64,000 nucleotides of DNA from Wickerhamiella versatilis (Eukaryota), in NCBI GenBank assembly GCA_030867685.1, contig JAQOWU010000008.1:372001-436000 (forward strand), written 5' to 3'. Shown piece after piece: positions 11,042 through 22,226 of the stretch (the stretch's first letter is position 1; every line of letters begins with the position of its first letter). A model generated the notes under the pieces. The model did not search any database. It saw nothing but the letters and a program-made list of their open reading frames with translations, and had not been told where the DNA came from. Made by a program: the position numbers and the translations under genes.

Positions 11042-11737
11042 ATGACACCGTCTCCGCAGCCATCTGAGGATGCTCTGAAGCAAAGGATTTTGTCACATAT
11101 GAGCCGTGACCATAAACTCGCATTGAAAGACTATCTTGCGTACTATGGTGGGATTTGGCTAGGGTCCCGTGGATCACTTGAATTGGTGGATATATCTGTT
11201 TCGAAGCTTATGTTGAATTACTATCGAATTCCCACCCAAATTCATACAACCACCATCCCTATCAATCCAGTACTGGCCAACCTTGGGGAGGCTCGTGATC
11301 GTCTAATCCGCATGGCTTTCGAGGCTGCAGATGGACTGCATCTCTCACCTTACAGCATTTCAAAATGGCCTGTACCTAAATCTCCATTGTCTTACATTTT
11401 TGCAACTTTGTTAGCAGCACTTTCAATTGCTTCGATTGCCCCATCATCTGTTACCAAGCTGCTCGGAACCAGGTATCCGGGGTTTTTGCGCTTCATTCTT
11501 ACCCATTCGCGTTGGATCACGGCATTTACTTTACTGGCTCATGCTTCTGAATACTTCCTATTGCTTCGACCGAAACTAGACTTCTACCGTGTTGGTGGCT
11601 ATGTACGCTGGGCTTGGTTTACTAGTTGCATATTTGAAGGCTTTCCCTCGCTGCAGCGATTCAATAAGGAAGCAGAGAAACTCACCATTCGTCGGCAGGA
11701 AATAGAATCTAAACTCAAGAAAGACCATGTAGACTAA
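11042..11737 (+). CDS. DUF2470-domain membrane protein
   Basis: RILSHMSRDH.LAL.DYL..Y (DUF2470-like), then hydrophobic helices and AHASE...W....FEGFPSLQRF. ATG 11042 preferred; the track start is TTG and an in-frame ATG at 11000 is possible. Confidence 0.7.
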   Translation: MTPSPQPSEDALKQRILSHMSRDHKLALKDYLAYYGGIWLGSRGSLELVDISVSKLMLNYYRIPTQIHTTTIPINPVLANLGEARDRLIRMAFEAADGLHLSPYSISKWPVPKSPLSYIFATLLAALSIASIAPSSVTKLLGTRYPGFLRFILTHSRWITAFTLLAHASEYFLLLRPKLDFYRVGGYVRWAWFTSCIFEGFPSLQRFNKEAEKLTIRRQEIESKLKKDHVD

Positions 11738-11754
11738 ATCCGTAAAAAAAAATT

Positions 11755-12396
11755 CTAAAAGCTAATATAACTCTCTCCTGCCAGCCCAATCACATTGACT
11801 AGGAAAAGGCTAGCACTAAGACCTGATACGACATGCGAATAAATTGCATACTTATCCTGAATAGCTGTTTGATGAACATCTCTATTTGTGGAAGAATAGC
11901 TCGCACTCGGAATATGTTCATATACGCTCTCACTTAAATCACTTGGCTCTTCACCCGCTTTGGACTGCTCATCTTCCGCTATACCATCGGACTTCTTCAA
12001 TTGCATGAAAAGCTCATGACCACCATAGAGCTGCAATCCTCCCACCAAAGGAACGCCCAACGCGAGATAGAGCAAGTAAGGGTGTCTGCCTGATGCGGGT
12101 GCTAAAAGAAAAGACGCGGCATGCACGATCAATGCTAAGCAAGAGAGGCTACTGAGATGAATTCCACGCACCACCAATTCTTTCAGACCCGGAATAGTGT
12201 GTGTTGCTGGTGTGCAACTGCATTCTGATGGGCGCAGTTTCTCTCTCAATCCAGTCTTGACAAGAAAGGCATTGTAAGCCTTGCAGATTGCATCGTTTAA
12301 CGGTGTATCACCACGGATAAGCGAAGCATTATAACCTGCCCAGAGCCCGACTGTGAAAGTACCTATGGTCTTTGCTGTGAAAACAGTGGCAGACAT
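11755..12396 (-). CDS. Atg33/Scm4-family mitochondrial outer-membrane protein
   Basis: KTIGT.TVGL.AG, LAP..GRHPYLLY, four hydrophobic segments and a C-terminal VIGL.GE. Confidence 0.7.
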   Translation of the reverse strand: MSATVFTAKTIGTFTVGLWAGYNASLIRGDTPLNDAICKAYNAFLVKTGLREKLRPSECSCTPATHTIPGLKELVVRGIHLSSLSCLALIVHAASFLLAPASGRHPYLLYLALGVPLVGGLQLYGGHELFMQLKKSDGIAEDEQSKAGEEPSDLSESVYEHIPSASYSSTNRDVHQTAIQDKYAIYSHVVSGLSASLFLVNVIGLAGESYISF

Positions 12397-12678
12397 ATAC
12401 TAATATGACAAATATCTGACACACTCTCAGCAGATCACCTACTCGTCAGGAGACCACGCGATACTATCGCGGAAAACTTATATCTACTAGGAATTGAATA
12501 ATTTTAAATAGCAAGGATCCAGATATTCTGAAATAAAAAGTATGAAAGTGGTTGCCCTGACGCAAATGGGATGTGAAGGCCTCACCGAGCAGGAATAGCT
12601 GTAGAAGTCTTGAGTTCTTGTATACGATTTATAGTTGATAGAAGTTTACATTCTGTTGATATAAATAAGAGACCTGAG

Positions 12679-13458
12679 CTACTGGTTACTAGGAAGCTCA
12701 ATCCCACTACCATACCAGCATGCGCCATAAAGTAGTTTGACATCGCCGGGATTTATAGTCCACTCAAGATTCGGAAGGCAAAACGCTAGCTTGGAAAGCT
12801 CATCAATAAGCCCTAGAGGTATATCATTGCAATTACATGCAAATCGAGCGATAGTACAATGTGCCGATAAGTTTGCGTACCGCATCACAGGCCGAAATCC
12901 TGCTACTTTACAGGCTTCCAACAGGTCTCCTCGTAGCTTCAAATGATTGTATACCGTTCCATCACTCCCGATAACGTTGAAAGGAATCCAACTTACCGCA
13001 ATAGCATTCCGATCAAAACTAAGTCTTGGCTTTCCAAGACGTATATCATTCCTAATCCTACCGTGAATTGAATGCAGAAATGGCTTTAGAGACTCTACAA
13101 GAGTTAATAAATGATTCTCAGATTCGTTCGAAGTGATCTCCAGAAGACTTATGTGGAATTTTTCTGGTTCCGAAATCCATAGCGCATTTATCAGGTTATA
13201 GCGTTCAAAAATATTTTGCAACCTCCTTTGGACCCACTGAAACATGCTAGAAATATTATGAGGAGGGCGTGCTATAAGAACTGCACCATAGCGAGTATCA
13301 ACGAAGCTGCGGTCGTCTATAAGACTTCGAAGCATATTATCTTTACAAAACTGCCGATTAGACTTTAACGCTGCCAGCTGTATACCAAATCTTTCTTTCC
13401 ATGTTCTCTCATATGCAATTTCGGGGTCTTCCGCATATTTCTCCAATAATTCTTCCAT
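12679..13458 (-). CDS. 2H phosphoesterase superfamily protein (RNA ligase / cyclic phosphodiesterase-like)
   Basis: Two H-x-[ST]-hydrophobic motifs (FHISLLEI, AHCTIARF) and a C-terminal G..WYG.G. First ATG is 13458. Confidence 0.65.
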   Translation of the reverse strand: MEELLEKYAEDPEIAYERTWKERFGIQLAALKSNRQFCKDNMLRSLIDDRSFVDTRYGAVLIARPPHNISSMFQWVQRRLQNIFERYNLINALWISEPEKFHISLLEITSNESENHLLTLVESLKPFLHSIHGRIRNDIRLGKPRLSFDRNAIAVSWIPFNVIGSDGTVYNHLKLRGDLLEACKVAGFRPVMRYANLSAHCTIARFACNCNDIPLGLIDELSKLAFCLPNLEWTINPGDVKLLYGACWYGSGIELPSNQ

Positions 13459-13718
13459 TGAATAGCTCTTGATCACCGACTCGACGAAATGTATGTAATG
13501 TCTTATTAACTATAACAGCAGTTTCTGAGAAGACGATGTGAAGTAGTGAGATAAAATAGTAACTTTCTCTGTCAGAAGAATTTTGTATTCGATATAAAAC
13601 ATAGTAATGTCATATATACTTTACAGCTAGCCTGCAAATGATTGGATAGAGTTTTTTGCGGCAGGTACTTATCTGGCCAATCACCCGGCACATGTTTATT
13701 CGTAAGCTATCCATCAAC

Positions 13719-15167
13719 ATGCTTGAGCGGTCGGCCTCAAGGACGGTGCTGCTAACTCGACGGGCGTTGAGCACGTCTCGTGTGGCTGCTCACGGTGGCC
13801 TGAAGGACCAGGATCGTGTATTTCAGAATCTTTACAACAACTACGGCAAAGATCTAAAGTCGGCTAAGAGAATGGGTGACTGGTACAAGACCAAGGAGAT
13901 AGTTCTGAAGGGCGACAAATGGCTCATTGACGAAGCTAAGAAAAGTGGACTTCGTGGCCGTGGAGGTGCCGGATTCCCTGCAGGAATGAAGTGGAGTTTC
14001 ATGAACCCTCCTGGATGGGAAAAGAATATAGGTCCCCGTTACCTCGTAGTTAATGCAGATGAAGGTGAACCTGGAACATGTAAAGATCGTGAAATCATGA
14101 GGAAGGACCCTCATAAGCTGATTGAGGGTTGCTTGGTAGTCGGCAGAGCAATGAATGCCACTGCCGCGTATATATATATTCGTGGCGAGTTCTATTACGA
14201 GGCTGAATGTCTGCAGCATGCTATTAACGAAGCATATGCCGATGGGCTTATTGGTAGAAATGCGTGTGGCTCGGGATATGATTTCGACGTGTTTGTCCAC
14301 AGAGGTATGGGCGCTTATATCTGTGGTGAGGAGACGGCACTCATCGAGAGTCTGGAGGGTAAGCAAGGCAAGCCCCGTATGAAGCCCCCGTTTCCCGCAG
14401 GAATCGGTGTTTTTGGGCGACCATCCACTGTTACCAATGTTGAAACTGTTGCAGTTGTGCCTACTATTATGCGCCGAGGTCCGGAGTGGTATCTGCAATT
14501 CGGTCGTGAGCGTAATTCAGGAACAAAGCTCTTCGCAATTTCTGGCCATGTAAATGAGCCATGTGTTGTTGAGGAAGAAATGTCTATTCCCCTTAAGGAA
14601 CTTATCGAGCGTCATTGTGGTGGTGTCCGTGGTGGATGGGATAATCTTCTTGGTGTGATTCCTGGTGGATCTTCATGCCCTATTATCCCCGGTGATCAAT
14701 GCACTGATACTATTATGGACTACGATGGTCTTAAGGATAAAGGAAGTGGTCTAGGAACAGCAGCTGTTATCGTCTTTGATAAATCAACTGACATCATCCG
14801 AGCCATTCAACGCTTGAGTGCTTTCTATAGACATGAGTCCTGTGGGCAGTGCACCCCTTGCAGAGAGGGAACTAAGTGGCTTTTGCAAGTAATGACACGT
14901 CTCAAGGCGGGTCAGGCACATCCGCGCGAAATAGACATGCTTTTTGAATTCTCCAAGGAGATTGAAGGTCACACTATCTGTGGTCTTGGTGATGCAAGTG
15001 CGTGGCCAGTCCAGGCTTTGATCAAAAACTTCCGACCTGTTCTTGAAGAACGCATAAGACAATTCGCGGAGAATGCTGGTGAAGTTAGAACAGGTGGATG
15101 GACTGCAGGTACCGGAATTGAAAAGGGTCATGTTTATGGATCACCGACGAACCAGAATATCCATTGA
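13719..15167 (+). CDS. NUO51: NADH:ubiquinone oxidoreductase 51 kDa flavoprotein subunit (NDUFV1/NUBM)
   Basis: [49 protein letters not shown]...HTICGLGD Fe-S motif, mitochondrial presequence. Alternative ATG at 13692. Confidence 0.97.
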   Translation: MLERSASRTVLLTRRALSTSRVAAHGGLKDQDRVFQNLYNNYGKDLKSAKRMGDWYKTKEIVLKGDKWLIDEAKKSGLRGRGGAGFPAGMKWSFMNPPGWEKNIGPRYLVVNADEGEPGTCKDREIMRKDPHKLIEGCLVVGRAMNATAAYIYIRGEFYYEAECLQHAINEAYADGLIGRNACGSGYDFDVFVHRGMGAYICGEETALIESLEGKQGKPRMKPPFPAGIGVFGRPSTVTNVETVAVVPTIMRRGPEWYLQFGRERNSGTKLFAISGHVNEPCVVEEEMSIPLKELIERHCGGVRGGWDNLLGVIPGGSSCPIIPGDQCTDTIMDYDGLKDKGSGLGTAAVIVFDKSTDIIRAIQRLSAFYRHESCGQCTPCREGTKWLLQVMTRLKAGQAHPREIDMLFEFSKEIEGHTICGLGDASAWPVQALIKNFRPVLEERIRQFAENAGEVRTGGWTAGTGIEKGHVYGSPTNQNIH

Positions 15168-15339
15168 ATTGCTAGAGAGATCTTGATCATGGGCTTAAAA
15201 GTAATCGCAATACATAGCTGTGTGCACTGTAGAGGCTTTTAGGCCGGAATTTATCGGCAAACTTATTAAAACTAGCGCATTTGCAACCAAAAGCACATGG
15301 ATGTTTAACAATATATATAAATCACAAGTGATGATAAGA

Positions 15340-17211
15340 TTACGGTAGTATGGATGAGACCGAGACAGAAACTTGTTCAGGCTCGTCCCTCCCTATTTCA
15401 GTGATGATAAGTTCCACAGCGAGATCTGCGTGAAGATTATGCAAAGTCAGTTCATTACCACGGGGAACCCGGCAAGCCATACCTCTGTTAAGCACGTACG
15501 CCTCCGAATTCACATTAATCCTGAGACGTCCTGCCCAAACAATAAAGGTAAATGCTCTCTCTCGGAGAAGGGCATAATTAACTTTGCCACCACCCTTGAT
15601 CCTCATTATTAGTAGCTCAACTGGTATGCCAGGCGGAGGGTCGAATAAGCCCGCAACTTCCACAAGATCGTTGCCAGGATAAGGTTCAAACTCAAAATCA
15701 GTCAAAGGCTTTGCCAATATTTCCTCGTGAAGGGTATTACCTGGGCCAGTATAGATAGGAGCCCGCCATTCATTCTGAGGTGGAATCTCGGTGATCTCAT
15801 ACTGCCTTGGATGAGGCACCGAAGATCTGGTAGTGTAACGTCCACGCCGGTGATAGGGCCGCTTCTGCGGCTCAGGCACCTCCACCTCCAATACATCTGT
15901 TGCTGTAGCAATTCCCTTAGAATCATAGTCATAAATTATTTGTTCTCCCTTCCACCATTCTAACGTTGGAACACGTGTACGCATGGGCTGCTGTCGTCTC
16001 GTAGGGACCCTATTTGCCAATTCAGCGAGTGTCGTATCGTCTGGTGCATATTCCTCATCTTCTGACGATAACTCGGCACTTGGATCTGAATCGGACTCAG
16101 ACGAGCTTGTGGGATGTGCACTTCCCTCGCCATCAGAACTATCTGTATCAGGAACAATCATCTCCTTTACAGAATCGTTTTCAGACCAATCATCCTCAGA
16201 CATAGAGTCAGCATCAGGAATATTTACATTGACTGTTGGTCCATCCATTTCGTAGTCCGCTGGTTCAAGTTCGTTCACGGGTACAGTTTTCACAACGGGT
16301 ATGGGCGGCTCAAAATGATCTTTAATTCTGGGAATGGTCTTAACACGACCATTAGAGACATCATCATCATTATCTGTTGAAAACGACTCCACACTATTCC
16401 GTCGTCTCACTTTATTTCTTTTATTACCTTGAGGTGATGAGTCCCTTGGGTTCCTAACTGGTCGCTTTGAGGGACTTCTTCTGCCATGTGGACTCGATGC
16501 CAGTTCTCCTAGATCCCCTTCATTAGGATCAATATGCCCTCCATCATAAATTCCAATTGACCCCATGTCAGGATAGTCTATTGGTTCCTCCCCGGGGTGT
16601 GGAGGTGATGGCTCGCGCTCAGGTATAGGGCTTAAATCTCTCAAAATCGTAGAATTACCTTGACGAGGTATATTTTGCCTAAATGTCAGGTCGTTTGTCG
16701 AATCCAAAGACATCTTTCGAGGAGGCAGCATCTGGCGACGTGCCAATCGGGGAAATAAGTTTTCCGTTCTTGCATCTTGTCGGAAGGACAGTTCACTACG
16801 ACTGTCCTGCCGCGGTGCTGGGAACTCGGAGATAGAGAGTTGGTCTCTGAAAGGTATGGTATTTTGCCCTGGATGCGGAACTATAGTGTGCATTGACTGC
16901 TGAAAAGTTAGAGACGAACTTGATTCGGATGGCGGTTCAGGCATGAACTCATGCTGGACTGATGGTGGGGAGGCCGAGTCATCTTGCGCTTCGCTTAATG
17001 ATTGCTGGTATGTAAGTGCCGTCTGGTTGGCAATATTTGTACTGCTTGACTGGTTATTATTGACTGGGCGTGCAACTTGACTTGACGGCGATTGACGATA
17101 CAAGGAACCACTTGATGCTGGCGAATTAGGCACTGCCACCCTATTATTGCCTTGAGCTACCTTAGTTTCTTCTTGCCAAAACTCGAGGTCATCTTCCGGG
17201 TCTTCAGCCAT
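15340..17211 (-). CDS. MIF2: Inner kinetochore protein CENP-C/Mif2
   Basis: CENP-C motif RTRVPTLEWWKGEQIIY, acidic stretch, and C-terminal cupin (FIVWAGRLRINVN...CRVPRGN..TLHN). Confidence 0.85.
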   Translation of the reverse strand: MAEDPEDDLEFWQEETKVAQGNNRVAVPNSPASSGSLYRQSPSSQVARPVNNNQSSSTNIANQTALTYQQSLSEAQDDSASPPSVQHEFMPEPPSESSSSLTFQQSMHTIVPHPGQNTIPFRDQLSISEFPAPRQDSRSELSFRQDARTENLFPRLARRQMLPPRKMSLDSTNDLTFRQNIPRQGNSTILRDLSPIPEREPSPPHPGEEPIDYPDMGSIGIYDGGHIDPNEGDLGELASSPHGRRSPSKRPVRNPRDSSPQGNKRNKVRRRNSVESFSTDNDDDVSNGRVKTIPRIKDHFEPPIPVVKTVPVNELEPADYEMDGPTVNVNIPDADSMSEDDWSENDSVKEMIVPDTDSSDGEGSAHPTSSSESDSDPSAELSSEDEEYAPDDTTLAELANRVPTRRQQPMRTRVPTLEWWKGEQIIYDYDSKGIATATDVLEVEVPEPQKRPYHRRGRYTTRSSVPHPRQYEITEIPPQNEWRAPIYTGPGNTLHEEILAKPLTDFEFEPYPGNDLVEVAGLFDPPPGIPVELLIMRIKGGGKVNYALLRERAFTFIVWAGRLRINVNSEAYVLNRGMACRVPRGNELTLHNLHADLAVELIITEIGRDEPEQVSVSVSSILP

Positions 17212-17213
17212 GG

Positions 17214-17230
17214 ACGCGCTTTAGGCGCGT
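17214..17230. promoter_or_regulatory. Inverted pair of MCB-like ACGCG cores upstream of MIF2
   Basis: ACGCGC-tttag-GCGCGT, starting 2 bp from the ATG. Confidence 0.5.
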
Positions 17231-17288
17231 TGTCTTAGTAATAACATGACTATTTTCCATTCATAGACTAAGATGATACTATTCTACA

Positions 17289-18638
17289 CTAGTGCTCAAT
17301 ATCCTCGATTTCCTTAAGACAATCCTCTGTTAGCACCTCGTTTGTTGTCTTGCCTACTACCACATTGTCCTCGATACGGATCCCGATGCCCTGGTAGTGC
17401 TTCGGGAAACGATCATCGCGGGGTATGTACACACCTGGCTCGACAGTAATAACCATATTGCTGCGCAATGGCTCTATTCGGGATGATGGTGCTGCAATAT
17501 CATGTACATCGAGACCAAGATGATGGCCAATCATGTGAGGATATATCTCAGAGACAAGACTCGGGCTCAAGTCAAGACCAGCATTCTTGAGTTCAGAGCG
17601 CATCTGTTTCTCACTGAATCTATGGAGATCATGCAATGAAAACCCTGAATCCACAACACATTTTCCAATACATTGTTTTTCCACCGCTAGTACTGCTTCA
17701 TAGAGATCTCGCTGTGGTGAAGATAAGCTTCCAGAAACGGGCCAGGTTCTGCTTATATCCGCACAGTATCCTCCATATCTACCGGCAGCGTCCACAAGAA
17801 CAAGATCCTCTGGTTTGAGTATGTCATCGTTACGGACGTAATGGATAGTGAGCGCATGTTCACCTCCAGCGACCACCGCGCGGTAAGCGTCAGATTCACA
17901 GCCACCATGTCGGAACATAAAGTCTAAAAACGCATGTAGTTGGTGTTCGCTAACGAAATCCCTTTTATAGGCAGCATTATAGGCGCCAGCGCTTATTTCT
18001 GCTGCCACACGCATAGCGTCAATTTCATTTTCACTTTTGATCACCCTTAGGGAATCAACCAAAGGCTGTAGTGATGAAACATCCTTTCCAGATAAAATAG
18101 ATTTTAAGTGGTGGTCGAAAAAGGGGCCTTGGCGCACAGTTATTTTAGGGTCCAGATCGGCGTAAACAAAATCAGCGGTTTTCACCAGCTCGGTAACCAA
18201 GGTCTGAAGCTCAGTGTTCGAGATAGCATGATCGACACCAAAAATTTCCGCTGCTAGTTCGGAACCTGTTCTCTCACCTTCCCATTTTTCAGCATGTGGT
18301 TCCTTTTCCGGTACAACCAGTATAGATTGTGTCGTTCGGTCAGATTTATACAACAAAAGGGAGCTGTCTGGTTCCAAGAAGCCAGATAGATATTGCATCT
18401 GAGGATCTTGTCGGAAGGAGTGAAAAACTGATTGAGAAGCAAAGCTTACCTGGTTTCCGGCCACGATCGCCAAACTCTTTGGTTTCATGAGATTTGCAAG
18501 TTTAAGGCGGCGTTCCTTGAACTCCGAAGCAGGGATCAAAGGAGTTAGGCATTTCGAATCTACGAGATGTGGCCTATTTGCATGAAGCGCCTGACCAAAT
18601 GTGCGTGCAGTACGTAGTACATTTCTTGTAGCACGCAT
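17289..18638 (-). CDS. ICP55: Mitochondrial intermediate cleaving peptidase (aminopeptidase P family)
   Basis: RPHL...LTP.I...EF..RR, DISRTWP, HHLGLDVHD, TVEPGVY, GIRIEDNV, plus a presequence. Confidence 0.9.
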   Translation of the reverse strand: MRATRNVLRTARTFGQALHANRPHLVDSKCLTPLIPASEFKERRLKLANLMKPKSLAIVAGNQVSFASQSVFHSFRQDPQMQYLSGFLEPDSSLLLYKSDRTTQSILVVPEKEPHAEKWEGERTGSELAAEIFGVDHAISNTELQTLVTELVKTADFVYADLDPKITVRQGPFFDHHLKSILSGKDVSSLQPLVDSLRVIKSENEIDAMRVAAEISAGAYNAAYKRDFVSEHQLHAFLDFMFRHGGCESDAYRAVVAGGEHALTIHYVRNDDILKPEDLVLVDAAGRYGGYCADISRTWPVSGSLSSPQRDLYEAVLAVEKQCIGKCVVDSGFSLHDLHRFSEKQMRSELKNAGLDLSPSLVSEIYPHMIGHHLGLDVHDIAAPSSRIEPLRSNMVITVEPGVYIPRDDRFPKHYQGIGIRIEDNVVVGKTTNEVLTEDCLKEIEDIEH

Positions 18639-19041
18639 CGGTGACCCTAACCTTCGATTGTGGTCTGACTTATTTCACTCGACTGACTGAGATCAAGCGC
18701 CAAACGCTTGTCCTCTTACCACAAGTCAACTTAATCGACACCATTTACGTGGATCAGTTGAAGTTTCAAGTAATATGTAGCTCCTCCTGAAAGAAATAGA
18801 AAGCTTTACGTCAATTTTAGCCATAGAATATAGCAAGTTCTAGTGTTATCCTAGCCTACGCGTAACAATATATCATCATCGGCGCAACAGACATATAGCT
18901 ATAAGGTACCCTGCATTCTTATTCAGGTTGATTGTCACCGATTGTGGGGGACTCTAACATGCCCACGAATGCTTTCGATAGGACATATTTAGTTGATAAC
19001 TGTGCGAGAATAACTAAGTCAATACGAAAGAAGTTTCAGAC

Positions 19042-19530
19042 TCAATTAGAGCTATAATAGACATTGGTAATTTCTCCAGCATCAATCTCCTCCTTAAAAT
19101 GCTCATCAGCGTAGCAAGTGCCACAGTATACACATCCATGAATACCTGGCTTGTCAACGTTAATAAAAACCTTGGGGTGTCCCTCGACCCCTCCATGCTT
19201 CCCGTCATAGTTTCCGTCGCACACTGCTATGTGATGGACATAGTTGACAGGCTGTTTGTAGATTAGGTCAATAGCAGCCAGTGGCTGCGGCTGAGTCTCT
19301 AGATCCATGCCCTCAAAACGCGGTCCTCTCATGGCATCTGCACGCGGGCGTTGACTTGGTGCCCATGGAGTGTCGCGATTCGGGGCTTGCTTGACCTTCA
19401 GAGCAGTTTGATCCTTGTTGTAGAAGATGTGGACATCTTCAGGGGCTACACCCTTTTTTTCAACAAGCGTCGTTTTAAGCCTGCGACCCAGTTGTTGAGC
19501 TCTAAACCCACGAAGTCGAAAGCGAAACAT
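19042..19530 (-). CDS. Complex I 13 kDa zinc-binding subunit (NDUFS6/NUMM)
   Basis: QAPNR..PW.PSQRPR..AM.GPRFEG.DL..QP.PLAAIDLI, CDG...GHPKVFIN.DKP....C.YCG. ATG at 19530 begins an Arg-rich presequence. Confidence 0.92.
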   Translation of the reverse strand: MFRFRLRGFRAQQLGRRLKTTLVEKKGVAPEDVHIFYNKDQTALKVKQAPNRDTPWAPSQRPRADAMRGPRFEGMDLETQPQPLAAIDLIYKQPVNYVHHIAVCDGNYDGKHGGVEGHPKVFINVDKPGIHGCVYCGTCYADEHFKEEIDAGEITNVYYSSN

Positions 19531-19631
19531 ACGCACTGCGATAGGCTCACTCAGATGAGGTTAGTCAGAAGCCCACCTACACTTTTGAGATATTAGTCAA
19601 TAGTAAATCCATACCTACAAAATAGAATAAT

Positions 19632-22226
19632 TTACAAGGTTCTTAGGTATGAGACAACCCCTAGACAATATTGTAGCTCTTGCTGAACTCTATTAGTTAC
19701 AGAAAGCTCGGACTTTTGCCACATATCGAGGTCTTCAGGTCTCAAAGATTCAGAATGAACACGCAGAATTGTCTTCACCCAGGCTTGAATTAATTCAAAA
19801 TATCGACCTTTTTCAAGCTCTGATGCAAATGCATTGAGAAGTTGTGGAAGCTCAACGGGCTGCACCAATCTCAATTCCACATCAGTCGCGGCAGGGCCTA
19901 ATTTGGCTAGCTCCTTTACGAGCTCTTCAGGGTTATCCAATGACTGAGATATTAACGATTTTTTTGCTTCTCCAATAAGATGCGAGTGACCAGACTCAGG
20001 TGTGATAAGCTCATCTGAGCCATCTGGGCGACTCATAGCAGTATCTTCATTAGTGCTAGGCCCATTAAGGAAAAATGGTGCATGCTTTGGTTTCTCAACA
20101 GGCTTCACAGGCTTATTGCGTTCATGAAATACATCTATGTTTACAATTGCACCGAACTTCGCCCGAGGCTGACCACTGAATGTCACAAGACCGGAAGCCA
20201 GTTGATCTGATGTCTTCCATTCTGTGTCCACCTCTAACTCATCAATGTCAACGTCATCATTCGCGGTAGCACCATAATCCAAATGCCTACCGGCGACAGA
20301 TGGCATATCAACGTGTTTGATTGATGTTACTTTATGCGTCACTATTCCAGATTTGATCGCCCATAAATTGATTCCCGTAATGTTGACATGCGAAGTGGCC
20401 AACCAGTAGCCATCTGGACTTAGTCTGAGACAAGTCACGGGCTCAGGAACTTCAATCGCATCAATGCACAATCCCGATGGGATATCCCATGTACGAATAG
20501 TATTGTCGAGACCGGCAGATACAACCCAACGACTATCACGACTAAAGTCAAGAGATGTGACGCGGTTACCATGGCCCCAAAATTCACGAACAACTTTACG
20601 TGTTGACAAGTCGAGTACGAAGACTGCCAAATCATCAGTAGTTACAGCGAGAAGACCTCGATGAAGCTTCAAGTTTGTAACAGGTGACTTCAAATCGACA
20701 GCATCGAGGGTCTTGCCATTACGAAAATCCGTAAAACGTACAAATCCATCTAATCCCGTAGTAACAAGTATGGTATTGACAGCATTAATAGCTATAGCGC
20801 TCAACGCAGCCTGGTGTAGGAAGGGAAACTTTTTATAGAGGCGTCCACTCTGCATATTATACACAGCTGTTGAGCCACCTGCAGACCCTACTAACCCGAA
20901 GTTGCCACATGACGATATAGAAACACACTTCACAAAAGAATCATCAGCAGTGGACAGCATGTTAGAGCCCAGGATACCGCGTCTACCAGACCAGCTGCGA
21001 GCGAACTTCTCTCCCTTGTGTGCCGTCAGAATATTATCCCACTCAGCTTGTTTATCTGCCTGATATGCCAAGTCATTGATAGGGGGTAGTTCACCCACTT
21101 TCGAGGAGCTAAAGCGATAACTCTGGCTATCCTTACGCAAGCTGAATGCCCAAAGACTCCGATCGACAGACGCACTTAAAATGAAATGCGATTCTTCATC
21201 AGTAAATGACATTACAGTTGGTGGTTGGGCGTGACCACCTCGGCGACGTAAAATTCTTGGAGGAGGGGAAACACCACTAGACGGTGGATCAAATACCAGC
21301 TCGATCAACTGGTTGTCGGCACCACTAGTGACCGCGACAGGCTGATTAGCGAGAAAAGTGACAGCGCTAACCTTTTTTTGAGAATGAAGCTCTCGCATGC
21401 TGAATACACGGCGACCCTTGTCCAGATTATAGAAGAACACATCGCCATCATCTGTACCAACACCAAGGAACGGGATACCATCTGTTCTGAAAGACAGAGA
21501 ACTTACGGGTTTGCCAACACTGAGGCGAAGTACTATCTTGGCCAATCGAATATCCTCTAAAATAATATTCCCTCCGGGAGTTATCACTGCAACAATATCT
21601 AATGCAGTTGGACAAAGCTCCAGGGACGATATACCTTCGGGGATTTCGTCATAGGTATGTATCATTTTACCCGTTTTCACATTGTAAAGAACTAAACAGG
21701 ATGAAGTTGCAATAATTATTTTGTTCAGATAAGTGGGAGGATGTACCAAGCCTACAATGTTACCGAGAACTTTGGGTGGGTTCAACTCAGTATATCGCTC
21801 AAGAGTATTCTCCTTTTCATTAAATTTCAAAATGTAAACAATTTCCTGAGTAGAAACACAAACATATTGGCCGAAAACCTCGATATTGATGATCGCAGAC
21901 GAATCGTTAAGATCCATTCGGCATACTTCACGAGCACGTAGATAAACGGCAATAGTAGAACCATATGCAACAAAGACATGCTTAAAGTGTGCCTTTAGGC
22001 TTCGAATAGGACGAGGACAAGGAGGCTGAGAGACAAATAAAAGATTAAGGTTCGATGCATCGAACAGCTGAAAAGACCTGCCAACAGATGTTGCTACGAC
22101 AAATGACTGCCCTAATGGTGTCACAGAGCATGGCACGTGGTCACATACAACCCCAAGAGTTCTAAAAGGGCTATACAAACGGGATCCGACCCTCTCTGGA
22201 GCCTGAACTTTCTGCCGTTTGATCAT
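19632..22226 (-). CDS. UTP21: SSU processome WD40 protein Utp21
   Basis: SRLYSPFRTLG, HPPTYLNK, R.RGGH..PP, multiple WD repeats, RNKP..P.EKP..APFFL. Confidence 0.93.
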   Translation of the reverse strand: MIKRQKVQAPERVGSRLYSPFRTLGVVCDHVPCSVTPLGQSFVVATSVGRSFQLFDASNLNLLFVSQPPCPRPIRSLKAHFKHVFVAYGSTIAVYLRAREVCRMDLNDSSAIINIEVFGQYVCVSTQEIVYILKFNEKENTLERYTELNPPKVLGNIVGLVHPPTYLNKIIIATSSCLVLYNVKTGKMIHTYDEIPEGISSLELCPTALDIVAVITPGGNIILEDIRLAKIVLRLSVGKPVSSLSFRTDGIPFLGVGTDDGDVFFYNLDKGRRVFSMRELHSQKKVSAVTFLANQPVAVTSGADNQLIELVFDPPSSGVSPPPRILRRRGGHAQPPTVMSFTDEESHFILSASVDRSLWAFSLRKDSQSYRFSSSKVGELPPINDLAYQADKQAEWDNILTAHKGEKFARSWSGRRGILGSNMLSTADDSFVKCVSISSCGNFGLVGSAGGSTAVYNMQSGRLYKKFPFLHQAALSAIAINAVNTILVTTGLDGFVRFTDFRNGKTLDAVDLKSPVTNLKLHRGLLAVTTDDLAVFVLDLSTRKVVREFWGHGNRVTSLDFSRDSRWVVSAGLDNTIRTWDIPSGLCIDAIEVPEPVTCLRLSPDGYWLATSHVNITGINLWAIKSGIVTHKVTSIKHVDMPSVAGRHLDYGATANDDVDIDELEVDTEWKTSDQLASGLVTFSGQPRAKFGAIVNIDVFHERNKPVKPVEKPKHAPFFLNGPSTNEDTAMSRPDGSDELITPESGHSHLIGEAKKSLISQSLDNPEELVKELAKLGPAATDVELRLVQPVELPQLLNAFASELEKGRYFELIQAWVKTILRVHSESLRPEDLDMWQKSELSVTNRVQQELQYCLGVVSYLRTL

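Noticed and set aside
18639-19041. Relatively long spacer with a single ACGCGT (18858-18863); also the spacers 33532-34092 and 55785-56166, checked for ncRNA or small ORFs
   Set aside because: I recognised no tRNA cloverleaf, C/D or H/ACA architecture or credible ORF by eye. An Infernal/Rfam scan would be needed to exclude ncRNAs.
19537-19567. Possible intron 3' end upstream of NDUFS6 (sense GACTAAC...CGCAG)
   Set aside because: I found no convincing 5' splice site or upstream exon in the 101-bp spacer, and ATG 19530 already gives a good presequence. Treated as a copy of the TGACTAA motif.
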